In this document: in pieces, positions 29,981-39,322 of the stretch
How the letters are laid out: every line of letters starts with the position of its first letter
Numbering within the stretch: the first letter of the stretch is position 1
Origin: an uncultured Candidatus Saccharibacteria bacterium
GTDB lineage: Bacteria > Patescibacteriota > Saccharimonadia > Saccharimonadales > JAGQNJ01
Reading direction: 5' to 3'
Length of the DNA: 64,000 nt
Assembly (NCBI GenBank): GCA_964426845.1
Contig: CAYRSA010000004.1
Location: forward strand, 61,845 to 125,844
Position numbers and translations under genes: made by a program
Notes under the pieces: model-generated
What the model saw: only the letters and a program-made list of their open reading frames with translations
Told to the model about the DNA's origin: nothing
Database searches by the model: none

Positions 29981-31243
29981 TTATTTATCGATGTAGTCTT
30001 GGCACAGTCTTTCAAAGATGGCATTGGTCCAGCCAAAGCCGGTTTGCGACGGATAAACACCTTTTTGGGGTGGTTTATCGGGGTTTACGACGTTGTATTT
30101 CTCAAGGAAAACCCCATGCTGGTTAAACCAAGTTAGATTCGTATGTAGCCACTTCATGGCCAGTCGGCGAGCATCTTCGTGATAGCCATAACGCTCTAGC
30201 CCCTGGATAGCCAAAAACTCTAACGGCGCCCAGCCGTTGGGATGAGCCCATTGGGTCGGCAAACTACCAGGCACCAGCTGGCTAACTGGTTGATTATCAG
30301 TGGTGCTAAGACCACCCTTGTTCTCAAACCGGCCCAGGGCGCCGACCAACTTATGTGCCTTCTTATCGTCCAACATCCCGGCCCACAGTGGAAAAAAGCC
30401 AGCCAGCGAGCTGATATTGCCCCGCCGCTCTTTGACGAAGTTGTAATCGTAATAAAAGCCCCGGGCCTGGCTCCACATTAGCTCGTCCATCATTTTCTTG
30501 CGGGCATGGGCCCGGTTCAGCCACACCCCGGCATCTTGGTCGTGCCCCAAAATTTTGGCCGCCCGGGCAAAATCCGACTCGTACTTATATAACAGGGCGT
30601 TCAAATCAACCGGAAGATAGTTCAGCGCTCGCCGGTTAAATCTGGGTGTCATATCCCAGCCACTCTCGGCCTCGGCCAAATCATTCAGCATATTGATGTC
30701 GTAATAGCGGCTCAGTCCCATGTAGACAGCTCGCCAGTTAGGCTTAGCCGTACCCAGCCAAACAGTCGAGTATTCGTCGTGCGCTACGGCGATGTGCTCT
30801 TCTAACCACTGGCGGTCTTTGTGATAAGTGTCGTATACATTAAAAATAAATGTCGTCAGAAAGGGCGGCTGCGAACGGCCCATCAGATAGGTCCGCGAGG
30901 CATTAGGAATAATCTTGAAACGCTTCTGCATGAAGATTAAGTTCTCGAGAATGCCTTCAACCAATTCCTGGTGTTCATCGTCTAACATTCCCTGGACCAT
31001 AAAATAGCTGTCCCAATAATACATTTCGTTAAAGTCAAAGGCGTGGCCCTCTTCGTAAGCCGGCACCAGATATTTGTTAGGCAAGCCCAGCAACGTCTCA
31101 TCGTCTTTGGGGTGATAGCGCTCTAACTTCGGCCAATAGCCTTTGATATACTCGCGAGCCTTGGCCACATCTTCAGGCCCCAGATCCCGCGGCCCACCAG
31201 AGGGCAAAATCGATTTGGCGACGTCTTTAAGTTTTCCAAGCAT
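29981..31243 (-). CDS. Trehalase (GH37)
   Basis: EMYYWDSYF, RSQPPFL, AESGWD, PVDLN, QW..PNGWAP, EKYNV, QTGFGWTN. Confidence 0.9.
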   Translation of the reverse strand: MLGKLKDVAKSILPSGGPRDLGPEDVAKAREYIKGYWPKLERYHPKDDETLLGLPNKYLVPAYEEGHAFDFNEMYYWDSYFMVQGMLDDEHQELVEGILENLIFMQKRFKIIPNASRTYLMGRSQPPFLTTFIFNVYDTYHKDRQWLEEHIAVAHDEYSTVWLGTAKPNWRAVYMGLSRYYDINMLNDLAEAESGWDMTPRFNRRALNYLPVDLNALLYKYESDFARAAKILGHDQDAGVWLNRAHARKKMMDELMWSQARGFYYDYNFVKERRGNISSLAGFFPLWAGMLDDKKAHKLVGALGRFENKGGLSTTDNQPVSQLVPGSLPTQWAHPNGWAPLEFLAIQGLERYGYHEDARRLAMKWLHTNLTWFNQHGVFLEKYNVVNPDKPPQKGVYPSQTGFGWTNAIFERLCQDYIDK

Positions 31244-31325
31244 AACCACCAGTGTACGGCCGCGACAGCTGTGGGGTCAACCTGTTATTCGACGATGTAG
31301 CATATATGCTACATCGCTCGCTCAG

Positions 31326-32378
31326 CTACTGGGTCGGGGTGACGGTGCCGATTTTAAACTGTTCCAGTTGACTAGTCGCGCTGGAACTGTGCGGCTCACC
31401 ACTGCCCACTGGATTACCAGACTCATCCTGGCGCTGTGTAAAGAAAGTTGTAGCATCCTCACCGCAGGCTCTTAAGATCTCGTCACCGCCTGGGTGGCGA
31501 GAAACATAGGAAGTAATGTCGTAAACGTTGCCATTGATAATAGTCCAACAATCCTCGGCACTGTTGTGATCCTTAACTTCCTCAACCGCATAAACCTCTT
31601 GATCGGCCGTTTCTACATTTAAGGCCTCCTGCTCGGTTGAAGTGGTAACTGGCGCTGAAGCCGACTCGTCTTTATTCATCTGTGTGTAAGCCAACACGCT
31701 GCCGCCCACCACTAGGGCTGCCACAATCGCGATACCAATAACCTTTTTCATAAAATTTCCTTCCTTTTTAGCCACCTGAGCTTCTAGGTAGTATATATAG
31801 ACAAGACTGGCCAGTAAACTGACGGCATAAAACAGCCACACATAACGGAACCAACCGGTTTGCAAATTAGATCCCAGCGCCAAACTATGAGCAATAATTG
31901 CAAACATGGCCACCACGTTGCCATACTCAATAATCGGCCACCAAGCCTTTTTATCAAACCAGCGCTTGGTCTCGAAGCTCAGGAAAAGCAAAAAGCTGAG
32001 CGTGCCCAGGGCCACCGCCCACTTTAGGGCCGGGCCAACGTAATTGATATAGCTGCCAGGCGGCAGACCGGCTCCATCCCGCCATAGCTGGAAAACCAGT
32101 AGGCTTGGGTGCAACAAGATAAACACAATCGCCGCCCAACCAGTCGCCCTAAAGTAAGCCTTAAGCGGCGCTTTGTCGACGCCGGCCAACCGGCGCAGGG
32201 CTCCAACCACATAATGGGTCCACATTAAACTAAAAGCCAATAAACCAAACAAAGGAAACAACAGGTATGCATTCAGGTCTTTGGCCTCTAGCCCCACTTG
32301 ACTCCAGGCTGCCAAAGCTAGTACACAAACCGCCAAGCTCAGACCCCAGGCTGCCACCACCATGTTTCTTGTTTTCAT
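31326..32378 (-). CDS. Ferric-reductase-like TM domain fused to a cytochrome b5-like heme domain
   Basis: His-bearing TM helices (WTHY, LLHP, IAHS); HNSAEDCW..VYDIT..HPGG..PHS cytochrome b5 motif. Confidence 0.8.
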   Translation of the reverse strand: MKTRNMVVAAWGLSLAVCVLALAAWSQVGLEAKDLNAYLLFPLFGLLAFSLMWTHYVVGALRRLAGVDKAPLKAYFRATGWAAIVFILLHPSLLVFQLWRDGAGLPPGSYINYVGPALKWAVALGTLSFLLFLSFETKRWFDKKAWWPIIEYGNVVAMFAIIAHSLALGSNLQTGWFRYVWLFYAVSLLASLVYIYYLEAQVAKKEGNFMKKVIGIAIVAALVVGGSVLAYTQMNKDESASAPVTTSTEQEALNVETADQEVYAVEEVKDHNSAEDCWTIINGNVYDITSYVSRHPGGDEILRACGEDATTFFTQRQDESGNPVGSGEPHSSSATSQLEQFKIGTVTPTQ

Positions 32379-32437
32379 AAGCTTATTGTAGCAAATCCGG
32401 CTTTTGGCCTCGGTAGGCCTCAACTAGGTCTGTATGC

Positions 32438-33190
32438 CTAAAACTCCGCTAGGGCATCGTCGAGAGTATACTCCCCGCGATCATCAATTTGTAGGATTTC
32501 CCTATAGGCCTGTTCGCGGGTTATTAGACCTTCATCCAAATCAGCCTGAGCGGCGGCGGCAAGACCCGGCTCAATCCAATCCCGAGCCTCTCTTCGTCGG
32601 GTCACACCCCGCCTGTCGACGAGTTCGGCCATCGCCAGGGCTTCACTGCCCAAAAGTGTCGAGTCAGCCAAGCCGGCAAAGGCGTAACGGATTACCTCTC
32701 CCTCTATGACATCGCGCCCTAAGGTTTCATCAATCTGCCCTTGGTCATCTACTGGTTCAACCGCTTCAAGGGCCTGGAAAGAGTGCAGATAGCCTGCTTG
32801 AAAATCTTCCCGGACCTGACGAACAACAGTCGCCTCTACAGCATCCCGCGCCACTGTGTAATCAATTGCTCCATCGTTGTTGACAACTCTTAGACGCCGG
32901 ATTGCTCGACTCAATCGTCCCTCTCGAACTTCTTGACGAGCCCTTTCCACTAAGTCGTAGTCATCAACATCAGATCCTGACAATTGTTCCGGCTCTATGC
33001 CTTCAAAAGCATTGGCCAGTCCAATACCTGGCTGAGGGGTTGGTGATTGGGCTTGATCATTACCATCTTCAGAACAAGCCGGTCCTACTAAGGCCAGCAG
33101 GCTGAGCGTGCCAGCAATCGCAAGACATTGAACAAAATGCGTTCGGCCAGTATCCGGTGGCGGCTGTTCTTCTGGGCTATTCCTACTCAT
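32438..33190 (-). CDS. Putative acidic lipoprotein with internal repeats
   Basis: Hydrophobic stretch ending LVGPAC followed by polar linker; repeated D/N-x-x-G-x-I-D segments. Confidence 0.6.
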   Translation of the reverse strand: MSRNSPEEQPPPDTGRTHFVQCLAIAGTLSLLALVGPACSEDGNDQAQSPTPQPGIGLANAFEGIEPEQLSGSDVDDYDLVERARQEVREGRLSRAIRRLRVVNNDGAIDYTVARDAVEATVVRQVREDFQAGYLHSFQALEAVEPVDDQGQIDETLGRDVIEGEVIRYAFAGLADSTLLGSEALAMAELVDRRGVTRRREARDWIEPGLAAAAQADLDEGLITREQAYREILQIDDRGEYTLDDALAEF

Positions 33191-33223
33191 TGTGACTGAT
33201 TGTGTCACTTTATATACAGATCG

Positions 33224-34375
33224 TCAACGATTGGAAAAAATCGGACGTTTTAGTACTTTTTCAACGTAGGCCTGGATGCAGGCCTCGGCATTTGTCGGAT
33301 TCATAAGGCCAATTTCGCACAATTTTCGAGCCGAAAGATCGTATTGCTCTCCATACTCAGCAGCCAATTCAACTACACCCGGAATCAGTACTACGAGACT
33401 ATCTGCCCCATACCACGAACCTATATGATAAGCCCGACCTCGACGAACAATCGGGTATTGGCGGGCAACAGCTTCCACTGCCGATTCCAGTTGCTTGGCC
33501 ACTTTTAGGGTCTGCTTTGGATGTTTTAGGGATAGCTCCAGTGCTACATGTATAGGCATCTTAGGATGAGCAGCTACAACTCTCTCAACCCGCTTTTGTA
33601 GGATTCTGAGCTTATCCGTAGGGTTCTTTGAATTAAATACAACGTGCTCTATGACATGCGTGGCAATGTCAGGAAAGGCTACCCGTAAACTGTCTATTGC
33701 TCCAAATATCTCCTCCGCCTTATCTAAGGCTTTTTCAGGATGTCTGAAAGCGATTGTTTTCAATTTGTGTGCAGGAGCGTCGGGAAAAACATCACTGATA
33801 TCATAGTAAGCCTCTCTAACCGTCTCCAGATGTTCGCTTGGGTGGGAATGAAGGTTTCTAAACGTCTTGCGAACTATGTACTCATTCAGCTCATGCCCAT
33901 ACTCCTCTAAGAGTTTATCGTAAAGAGCCGTAGGGTGTCTTGAAAATGGGTTGCGTCGCAACAGGTCTTTGGTCAGACCATTCTGGCCTAGTCGCTGATT
34001 AAAACCCAGGTATTGACTGAACATATAGTGAGTAAAGGTGATCGGTTGGGTGATAGAGATCGGTTCTTCTTCAGCATCGATTCTATTATTCAATCGGCAA
34101 TCAGCCAGCACAAATCGCCCCACACCATCAGCAAAGCCTTTTACAAACATCTCTCTCTTAGACTCGGCGAGTGAAGGCGCGACGCCAAAGAGCGTAACTA
34201 GTGCCCTAACCGACAACTCGCTTTGGTCGTAATAATCGCCAGCAAAATCCACGGCAACTTGTCGCGCGGACTCGATAACCGGTCTGTCAATCAAGCCACT
34301 ATTTCCATCTATGCTCACATGGCCTTCAGCTAATTCTGCTTGGACATCCAGCACGTGCAAGCGAGCATTCTTCAT
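33224..34375 (-). CDS. Hypothetical protein with ~36-aa helical repeats
   Basis: 383-aa ORF; FP/HP/YP-initiated repeats; TGTTATAAT 6 nt upstream. Confidence 0.7.
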   Translation of the reverse strand: MKNARLHVLDVQAELAEGHVSIDGNSGLIDRPVIESARQVAVDFAGDYYDQSELSVRALVTLFGVAPSLAESKREMFVKGFADGVGRFVLADCRLNNRIDAEEEPISITQPITFTHYMFSQYLGFNQRLGQNGLTKDLLRRNPFSRHPTALYDKLLEEYGHELNEYIVRKTFRNLHSHPSEHLETVREAYYDISDVFPDAPAHKLKTIAFRHPEKALDKAEEIFGAIDSLRVAFPDIATHVIEHVVFNSKNPTDKLRILQKRVERVVAAHPKMPIHVALELSLKHPKQTLKVAKQLESAVEAVARQYPIVRRGRAYHIGSWYGADSLVVLIPGVVELAAEYGEQYDLSARKLCEIGLMNPTNAEACIQAYVEKVLKRPIFSNR

Positions 34376-34450
34376 ACTAAGATTATAACATTTTGTTGTA
34401 CTATGGTCTATTTAGTATTTTTATTTCGCGGTCGGCGCCTGTTGGTTGAA

Positions 34451-35623
34451 CTATTTCTTACAGACTGGGCAAACCTCTTCGTCTTTAAAACCATAACGCC
34501 AGGTAGTAACAGCTTTCCGTGCCGGTAGAAACAGTAGATACAATTTTAAATCCGCCAAGCGGCGCAGTAACCAGCCAAGTCGGCCGTATATCTCCGTCTC
34601 GCCCCATAAAACCGCCGCCCACCTTGGTCCAACAGGAATAGCGTAAATTGGCCTTTTGGGTTTGTATGGCGATGTTGATTGGCCCTTACTTGTCCTGATT
34701 AAGTTGCTAGCCACAAAATTGGCGTCGTGCAGGGCGGTCTGGGCCATGCCGGTGTATTTTGTTACAGCGCTATCGCCTATTACGTAAATGTTTGGGGCGG
34801 TGCGCAAATATTGATCAACTTTTGCTCGGCCAGCCTTGCCAAACTCGAATAGTTTAGAATTCTCGGCGAACAGAGAGTTATTGCCCACACCCGCCGTCCA
34901 AATAACCGTATGGGAAGCTATCGAACCTTTCGGCAATTGGATGTCATCGACGTTTTCAGCTTTCACCGCAGTATTAAATATTGTCTTGACTCCCAGTTTT
35001 TTCAGGCGCCGTTCGACCTTGCTGGAAAACTTCTTTGGCATACTGGCCAGAACTCTTGGACCAGCTTCTATCAAGTCAACAGTAAAGCTGTGTTTGATTT
35101 TGTGTTTTTGGCGGATTTTCTTTAAATATGATGTAAGCTCGGCGCTCAGTTCCACACCAGTAGCCCCAGCTCCAATTACTACATAGTTCCGTTCGGACTC
35201 AGCATTTAGTAACTGATCATGTAAATGACGTTTTAGTTTTAGGGCTTCCTGGATTGTTTTAACGCCGTAGGCAAATTCTTTTAGGCCCTTTACTCCAAAA
35301 TACTCTGTAACATTACCCGTTGCCAGAACCAGGGCATCGTATCCATACGTTGAAGTTGATTGACCTATCACTCTTTGTTCAGCTTCATTAATTTTGATTA
35401 TCTTGTCTTCGATTACCTCGACGTTTTTTGCATACGAAAAAAACTCACTCAAAGGAATGGCTACTTCCAAGGGAGAGCGGCCAGTCGCCGAGCGATACAA
35501 GGCTGCGTGATACTCGAAGTAGCTCTGGTCAGATATCAGCTTTACTTCAATGTTCTTTTTATTAGCCAGGGCCAGGGCAGTCCGGACGCCGCCGAAGCCA
35601 CCGCCGACAATTACGATTTTCAT
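34451..35623 (-). CDS. ndh: Type II NADH dehydrogenase-like FAD oxidoreductase
   Basis: IVGGGFGG, LATG, IGAGATGVE, WTAGV, IGD, AQTA. Confidence 0.85.
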   Translation of the reverse strand: MKIVIVGGGFGGVRTALALANKKNIEVKLISDQSYFEYHAALYRSATGRSPLEVAIPLSEFFSYAKNVEVIEDKIIKINEAEQRVIGQSTSTYGYDALVLATGNVTEYFGVKGLKEFAYGVKTIQEALKLKRHLHDQLLNAESERNYVVIGAGATGVELSAELTSYLKKIRQKHKIKHSFTVDLIEAGPRVLASMPKKFSSKVERRLKKLGVKTIFNTAVKAENVDDIQLPKGSIASHTVIWTAGVGNNSLFAENSKLFEFGKAGRAKVDQYLRTAPNIYVIGDSAVTKYTGMAQTALHDANFVASNLIRTSKGQSTSPYKPKRPIYAIPVGPRWAAVLWGETEIYGRLGWLLRRLADLKLYLLFLPARKAVTTWRYGFKDEEVCPVCKK

Positions 35624-35625
35624 GG

Positions 35626-37284
35626 CTAGAAACTACTCCTCATGTGTTGTTGTGAATATTCCAAGTTAGCGTCAGTTTTCTTGTGGGGATTAAAGATATT
35701 GTCCGGATCGAAGGCCTGTTTTACTTGCCTAAATATCGCCATCATCTCTGGGCCATACATTCGCTCCAGCATCGGCCCACGAATTAAGCCGTCATTATGT
35801 TCACCCGACAGTGAACCGTTATACTCGAGTACTAAGTCGGTTACTTCCTTGAGGGCTGGGTAGATTTTATGACGCTCCCGGGCGTCCTTGAGGTCCATCA
35901 GGGGAATGATGTGGAAGTTGCCGTCACCCATGTGCCCTGCAACAGTGTACATCAGCTCGTAGCGCTCCATGATCTCGGTCAATCGTGGCAGGAACTCTGG
36001 CAGGCTTTCCGGAGGTACGATAAGGTCGTCTATAAATGGTGCTGTGTGCTTCTTTTTGACATTCTTTCTCAGCAAGTTAAAGCTCTCCCGGCGCATGGTC
36101 CAAAACTTTTCTTCATGCTTTTTATCACGGGCTTCTTGGGTCTCGATTTCTAAAGCCTCCAGGCGTTTTTGGGTTTCGGCAATCTTGGCGTCAATATCAG
36201 TTTGTCTTTCACCTTCGAATTCAATCAGTAAAACAATTTTCGGCAAGCGAGGGAAGAAACGTAGCAGCTTGTTCAAGACTGGTATAAAACTTAAGCCCAA
36301 TAGGATAAATTTTTTCCATCCAAGTGTCTCCCGAAAACTTAGGAAAAAGCGAAAGGCAAACAGCAAGGTATGGTCATCAAACGACTCCAAGCTAGTTGGC
36401 TTTAGTGGCAGGATGGCATTAATTACCTGGCCTAGATTCTCAAGGCTAGGCAGGAAGGCCACCAACATGCCCGATAATGGTTTGGCCGGCACCAGGCGAA
36501 ATGTGGCTTCAGTTATCAGACCTAGGGTACCCTGTGATCCAACGATAACTTTGGTTATATCGAAGGTGGCACCGTCCCAAACATCCCAAAGGTTGTAGGC
36601 GGTAGAGTTTTTACTGACCTCGGGCCTGGCTTGCTTAATCATCTCCGCATTTTCAGTAACCAGCTTATGGATTTTCCTATAAATATCGCCCTCCAGCCCT
36701 TTCTCAGCCAACTTATCTTTAAGAGCGGCTTTGTCGATAGGCTTAAAGCTATGCTCCTTCCCGTCGCTCAGCACAATTTTTAACTCAGGCACATAGCGAT
36801 CGGTTTTGCCATAGACTAACGATTTCTCACCCCCAGCATTATTAGCCACCATGCCACCAATCATGCATAGCTCGCGGCTGGCCGGATAGGACGGCATTAA
36901 CAAGTTGTGCTTCAGGGTTTTTGGTTCAAAATCACGATAGTAAACTCCTGGCTGAGCCGTGACATGATGACCGTGAACCTCGCTCATTTTTGTAAAGTAA
37001 CGCTCGAAAGCTACGACAATGGAGTCATTGATAGCCCCGCCCGACATGTCGGTGCCAGCACTCCGAGCCGTAAGCGATAAGCCGGGCTGGTCGGTCTTAT
37101 ATTGGTTTACGAACTGTACCAGCTTGCTAACGTCGTCAACAGTTTTAGGATAAACAACCACTTCTGGCTTTAGTTCAAACAGACTGGCGTCGTGACTATA
37201 AAAGGCTCGTGCTTCAGCATCGGAAGTTACATCACCACTGAAGAATTGCTTGATGGTGTCTACCAAGTTATAAGTCATAGCCAT
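35626..37284 (-). CDS. FAD-binding oxidoreductase (GlcD/D-lactate dehydrogenase family)
   Basis: RSAGTDMSG, GGMVANNAGG, GSQGTLG, GHMGDGNFH, SGEHNDG, FDPDNIFNP. Confidence 0.9.
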   Translation of the reverse strand: MAMTYNLVDTIKQFFSGDVTSDAEARAFYSHDASLFELKPEVVVYPKTVDDVSKLVQFVNQYKTDQPGLSLTARSAGTDMSGGAINDSIVVAFERYFTKMSEVHGHHVTAQPGVYYRDFEPKTLKHNLLMPSYPASRELCMIGGMVANNAGGEKSLVYGKTDRYVPELKIVLSDGKEHSFKPIDKAALKDKLAEKGLEGDIYRKIHKLVTENAEMIKQARPEVSKNSTAYNLWDVWDGATFDITKVIVGSQGTLGLITEATFRLVPAKPLSGMLVAFLPSLENLGQVINAILPLKPTSLESFDDHTLLFAFRFFLSFRETLGWKKFILLGLSFIPVLNKLLRFFPRLPKIVLLIEFEGERQTDIDAKIAETQKRLEALEIETQEARDKKHEEKFWTMRRESFNLLRKNVKKKHTAPFIDDLIVPPESLPEFLPRLTEIMERYELMYTVAGHMGDGNFHIIPLMDLKDARERHKIYPALKEVTDLVLEYNGSLSGEHNDGLIRGPMLERMYGPEMMAIFRQVKQAFDPDNIFNPHKKTDANLEYSQQHMRSSF

Positions 37285-37300
37285 TACTCTAGACTATTGT

Positions 37301-37840
37301 TTATTCTAAGATAGGCAAGCGCTTTACTACCGATTGGCTAATCCACCAATCTCTAAGGCCCCACTTTTGCTGAGAGTTGGCAGCCAGAAGGGTTAGCAGT
37401 ACCAGCGAATAGATAATATGATCGTCAAGAATTGGATTGTTTTCCGGCAGTAGAGTTGCTGACCACATCATCATCATCAGTATCACACCGGAAATCGTGG
37501 CAATCCGCATGCCAATGCCGGCAATCAGGGCTAGGCCAATCAGCAACAAGCCGGCCATAAACAACACGTCAATAAAGCCATTGCCTGCCAGGCTTTGATA
37601 AAACGATTCGAAGGGTCCCCTGGTTGCCCCCTTCAAAAAGCCGGCCGTTGGCGAACCACCATTTATCCAGGCCTTGCTGCACATGGTCGTGACCGCTTCA
37701 GTTTGGGCGTCTCGGCAAGTCGCGAAACCCAAACCAAACAGCTTATCAAGAAAAGCCCACAGAAATGTAAAGCCCAAAGCCATTCGAGTTAGGGCTAGTA
37801 GATATGGTGTTTTATTGTTATTCGACTTGGTTTTAGGCAT
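37301..37840 (-). CDS. DoxX/TQO-small-subunit-like membrane protein
   Basis: RMALGFTFLWAFLDKLFGLG, GGSPTAGFL, NNPILDDH. Confidence 0.82.
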   Translation of the reverse strand: MPKTKSNNNKTPYLLALTRMALGFTFLWAFLDKLFGLGFATCRDAQTEAVTTMCSKAWINGGSPTAGFLKGATRGPFESFYQSLAGNGFIDVLFMAGLLLIGLALIAGIGMRIATISGVILMMMMWSATLLPENNPILDDHIIYSLVLLTLLAANSQQKWGLRDWWISQSVVKRLPILE

Positions 37841-37928
37841 AAGTCTTCCTTCTATATTGGTTATGGTTGTTAACTATAATATATGCCTAAGCTTCAAATA
37901 TTTCAACAAAGTATTCACTGTTCTAAGA

Positions 37929-38624
37929 CTATCCCTGGTTAGGTCTCAATTTATCATAAGCCTTTACAAGATCTTGGTATAAACCTTCGGCGTCATTTCC
38001 CTGTGTAAAAGTCTCTGGGCTGAGACGAACAACGTCAAAAGCTTCAGTGTCTGCCCTTGCTGCACAAAATTCTGAATCTACCGACGGAGCAGTCATTAAA
38101 TACAGGTCGCCATTTACACCCAATGCCACGCCTTGCCAGTGCCATCTATAATCATATCCATCCTGAACGGATCGGGTGTGAGATTTCGTGCCTAAGTAAT
38201 TAGTTTCATAGGAATACTGCTTTGGTACCATCTTCGGTATATCCTGTCGTGAATATCTCTTCCCGTCGCCAAGCAGCCACCCAAAAACCTCGCGTTCGAC
38301 AATTCTTTCGCCACCTAGAACGTGGTCAAGTCTACCCTCTGGGTACACGAAAACCTGTTGAGATGGACTACACCGGTAAGCCCTTGGCCTGACTGATTGT
38401 TCTATAAGTTTTCCAGATATTTCTGTAGCTAGCGAAAAGACCTCTTCTGCTTTTGCCTGTGCAGCCGCTCTCTGTCTTTCGGCTAGCCTAACCATAATGT
38501 CCGTTATTTGTTGGCTTCTTTCAGCTCTTTCAAGCCTTTTAGCTTGTTCTTCTTGCCTGCGAAGTCTTAGGATTTCGCTGTCCTTTTCAAATCTGGCTAA
38601 ATAGGTAGGAGGAATATCTGGCAT
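37929..38624 (-). CDS. Hypothetical protein with N-terminal coiled coil
   Basis: ORF of ~231 aa from MPDIP; charged helical N-terminus. Confidence 0.65.
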   Translation of the reverse strand: MPDIPPTYLARFEKDSEILRLRRQEEQAKRLERAERSQQITDIMVRLAERQRAAAQAKAEEVFSLATEISGKLIEQSVRPRAYRCSPSQQVFVYPEGRLDHVLGGERIVEREVFGWLLGDGKRYSRQDIPKMVPKQYSYETNYLGTKSHTRSVQDGYDYRWHWQGVALGVNGDLYLMTAPSVDSEFCAARADTEAFDVVRLSPETFTQGNDAEGLYQDLVKAYDKLRPNQG

Positions 38625-38674
38625 AGTAGTAATATTATACAATATTCATGTTAACAAGCATACCCTTAGTAATC

Positions 38675-38701
38675 AAAAACACACCAGCTTTCACTGATGT
38701 G
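38675..38701 (-). terminator. Intrinsic terminator after tmRNA
   Basis: Minus strand CACATCAG-TGAAAG-CTGGTGTG followed by TTTTT. Confidence 0.6.
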
Positions 38702-38705
38702 CTAT

Positions 38706-39101
38706 TGGTGGAGCTGCCGGTTACTGCCACCGGGTCCGCGGGATTATTCTAGTTAGTCGTCTACAGGCTTAGATTATTTAGTTATCTTAGAGTCATGCCT
38801 TTAAATAATCAAAATAGCATAACTTGCAGCCCTAAAGTCTTAATCTGACCATGGGGTCCATAGTCAGAAGCAACCCTGGAAATATGGCGTGTCGTAAAAC
38901 TACCAGGATGTCGTCATAGACACGGCTTCAATAATTAAACTGAAGCTTGTGGAGCTACTTGAGGGAACATAGCCAAGGCTACGCGATCAAGTAGGGCTCC
39001 GAATTTAGAAGTTTTAGCATCTAAAAAGTTTGCCTATACGCTGACAAGCGACCTGCGAATCTAACCGATAAAGTCCTACGTCGAGCTTAAAATTCAGCCC
39101 C
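38706..39101 (-). ncRNA. ssrA: tmRNA (one-piece, 396 nt); tag ORF 39018-38935 AKTSKFGALLDRVALAMFPQVAPQASV
   Basis: 5' GGGGCTG..TCGAC, 3' CCGGT-GGCAGTA-ACCGG-CAGCTCCACCA with G3-U acceptor pair; resume context TTTAGAT-GCT. Confidence 0.92.
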
Positions 39102-39322
39102 ATACGTTGATGTGTTACCTCTGTAACCACCTTATTATACCATAAGCGGTCAAGACTTGGTACCCTTGCCTTTTGTGAGATATGTCACTCAAGACTAATC
39201 AAGAAATAAAAGTAGGGAAGTGGCAAATCAGGAAATAGGGCGTCCCATCATAGCCCAACCAGTCACGTCCCAGCCAGTCATTTTTCTGAGTGTTTTATTT
39301 TTACAACAGCAGGGAAGTGAGG

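Noticed and set aside
38706-39101. Two-piece (circularly permuted) tmRNA suggested by the GGCAGUA loop
   Set aside because: The GGGGCTG 5' end precedes the tag ORF and the CCA end in normal order.
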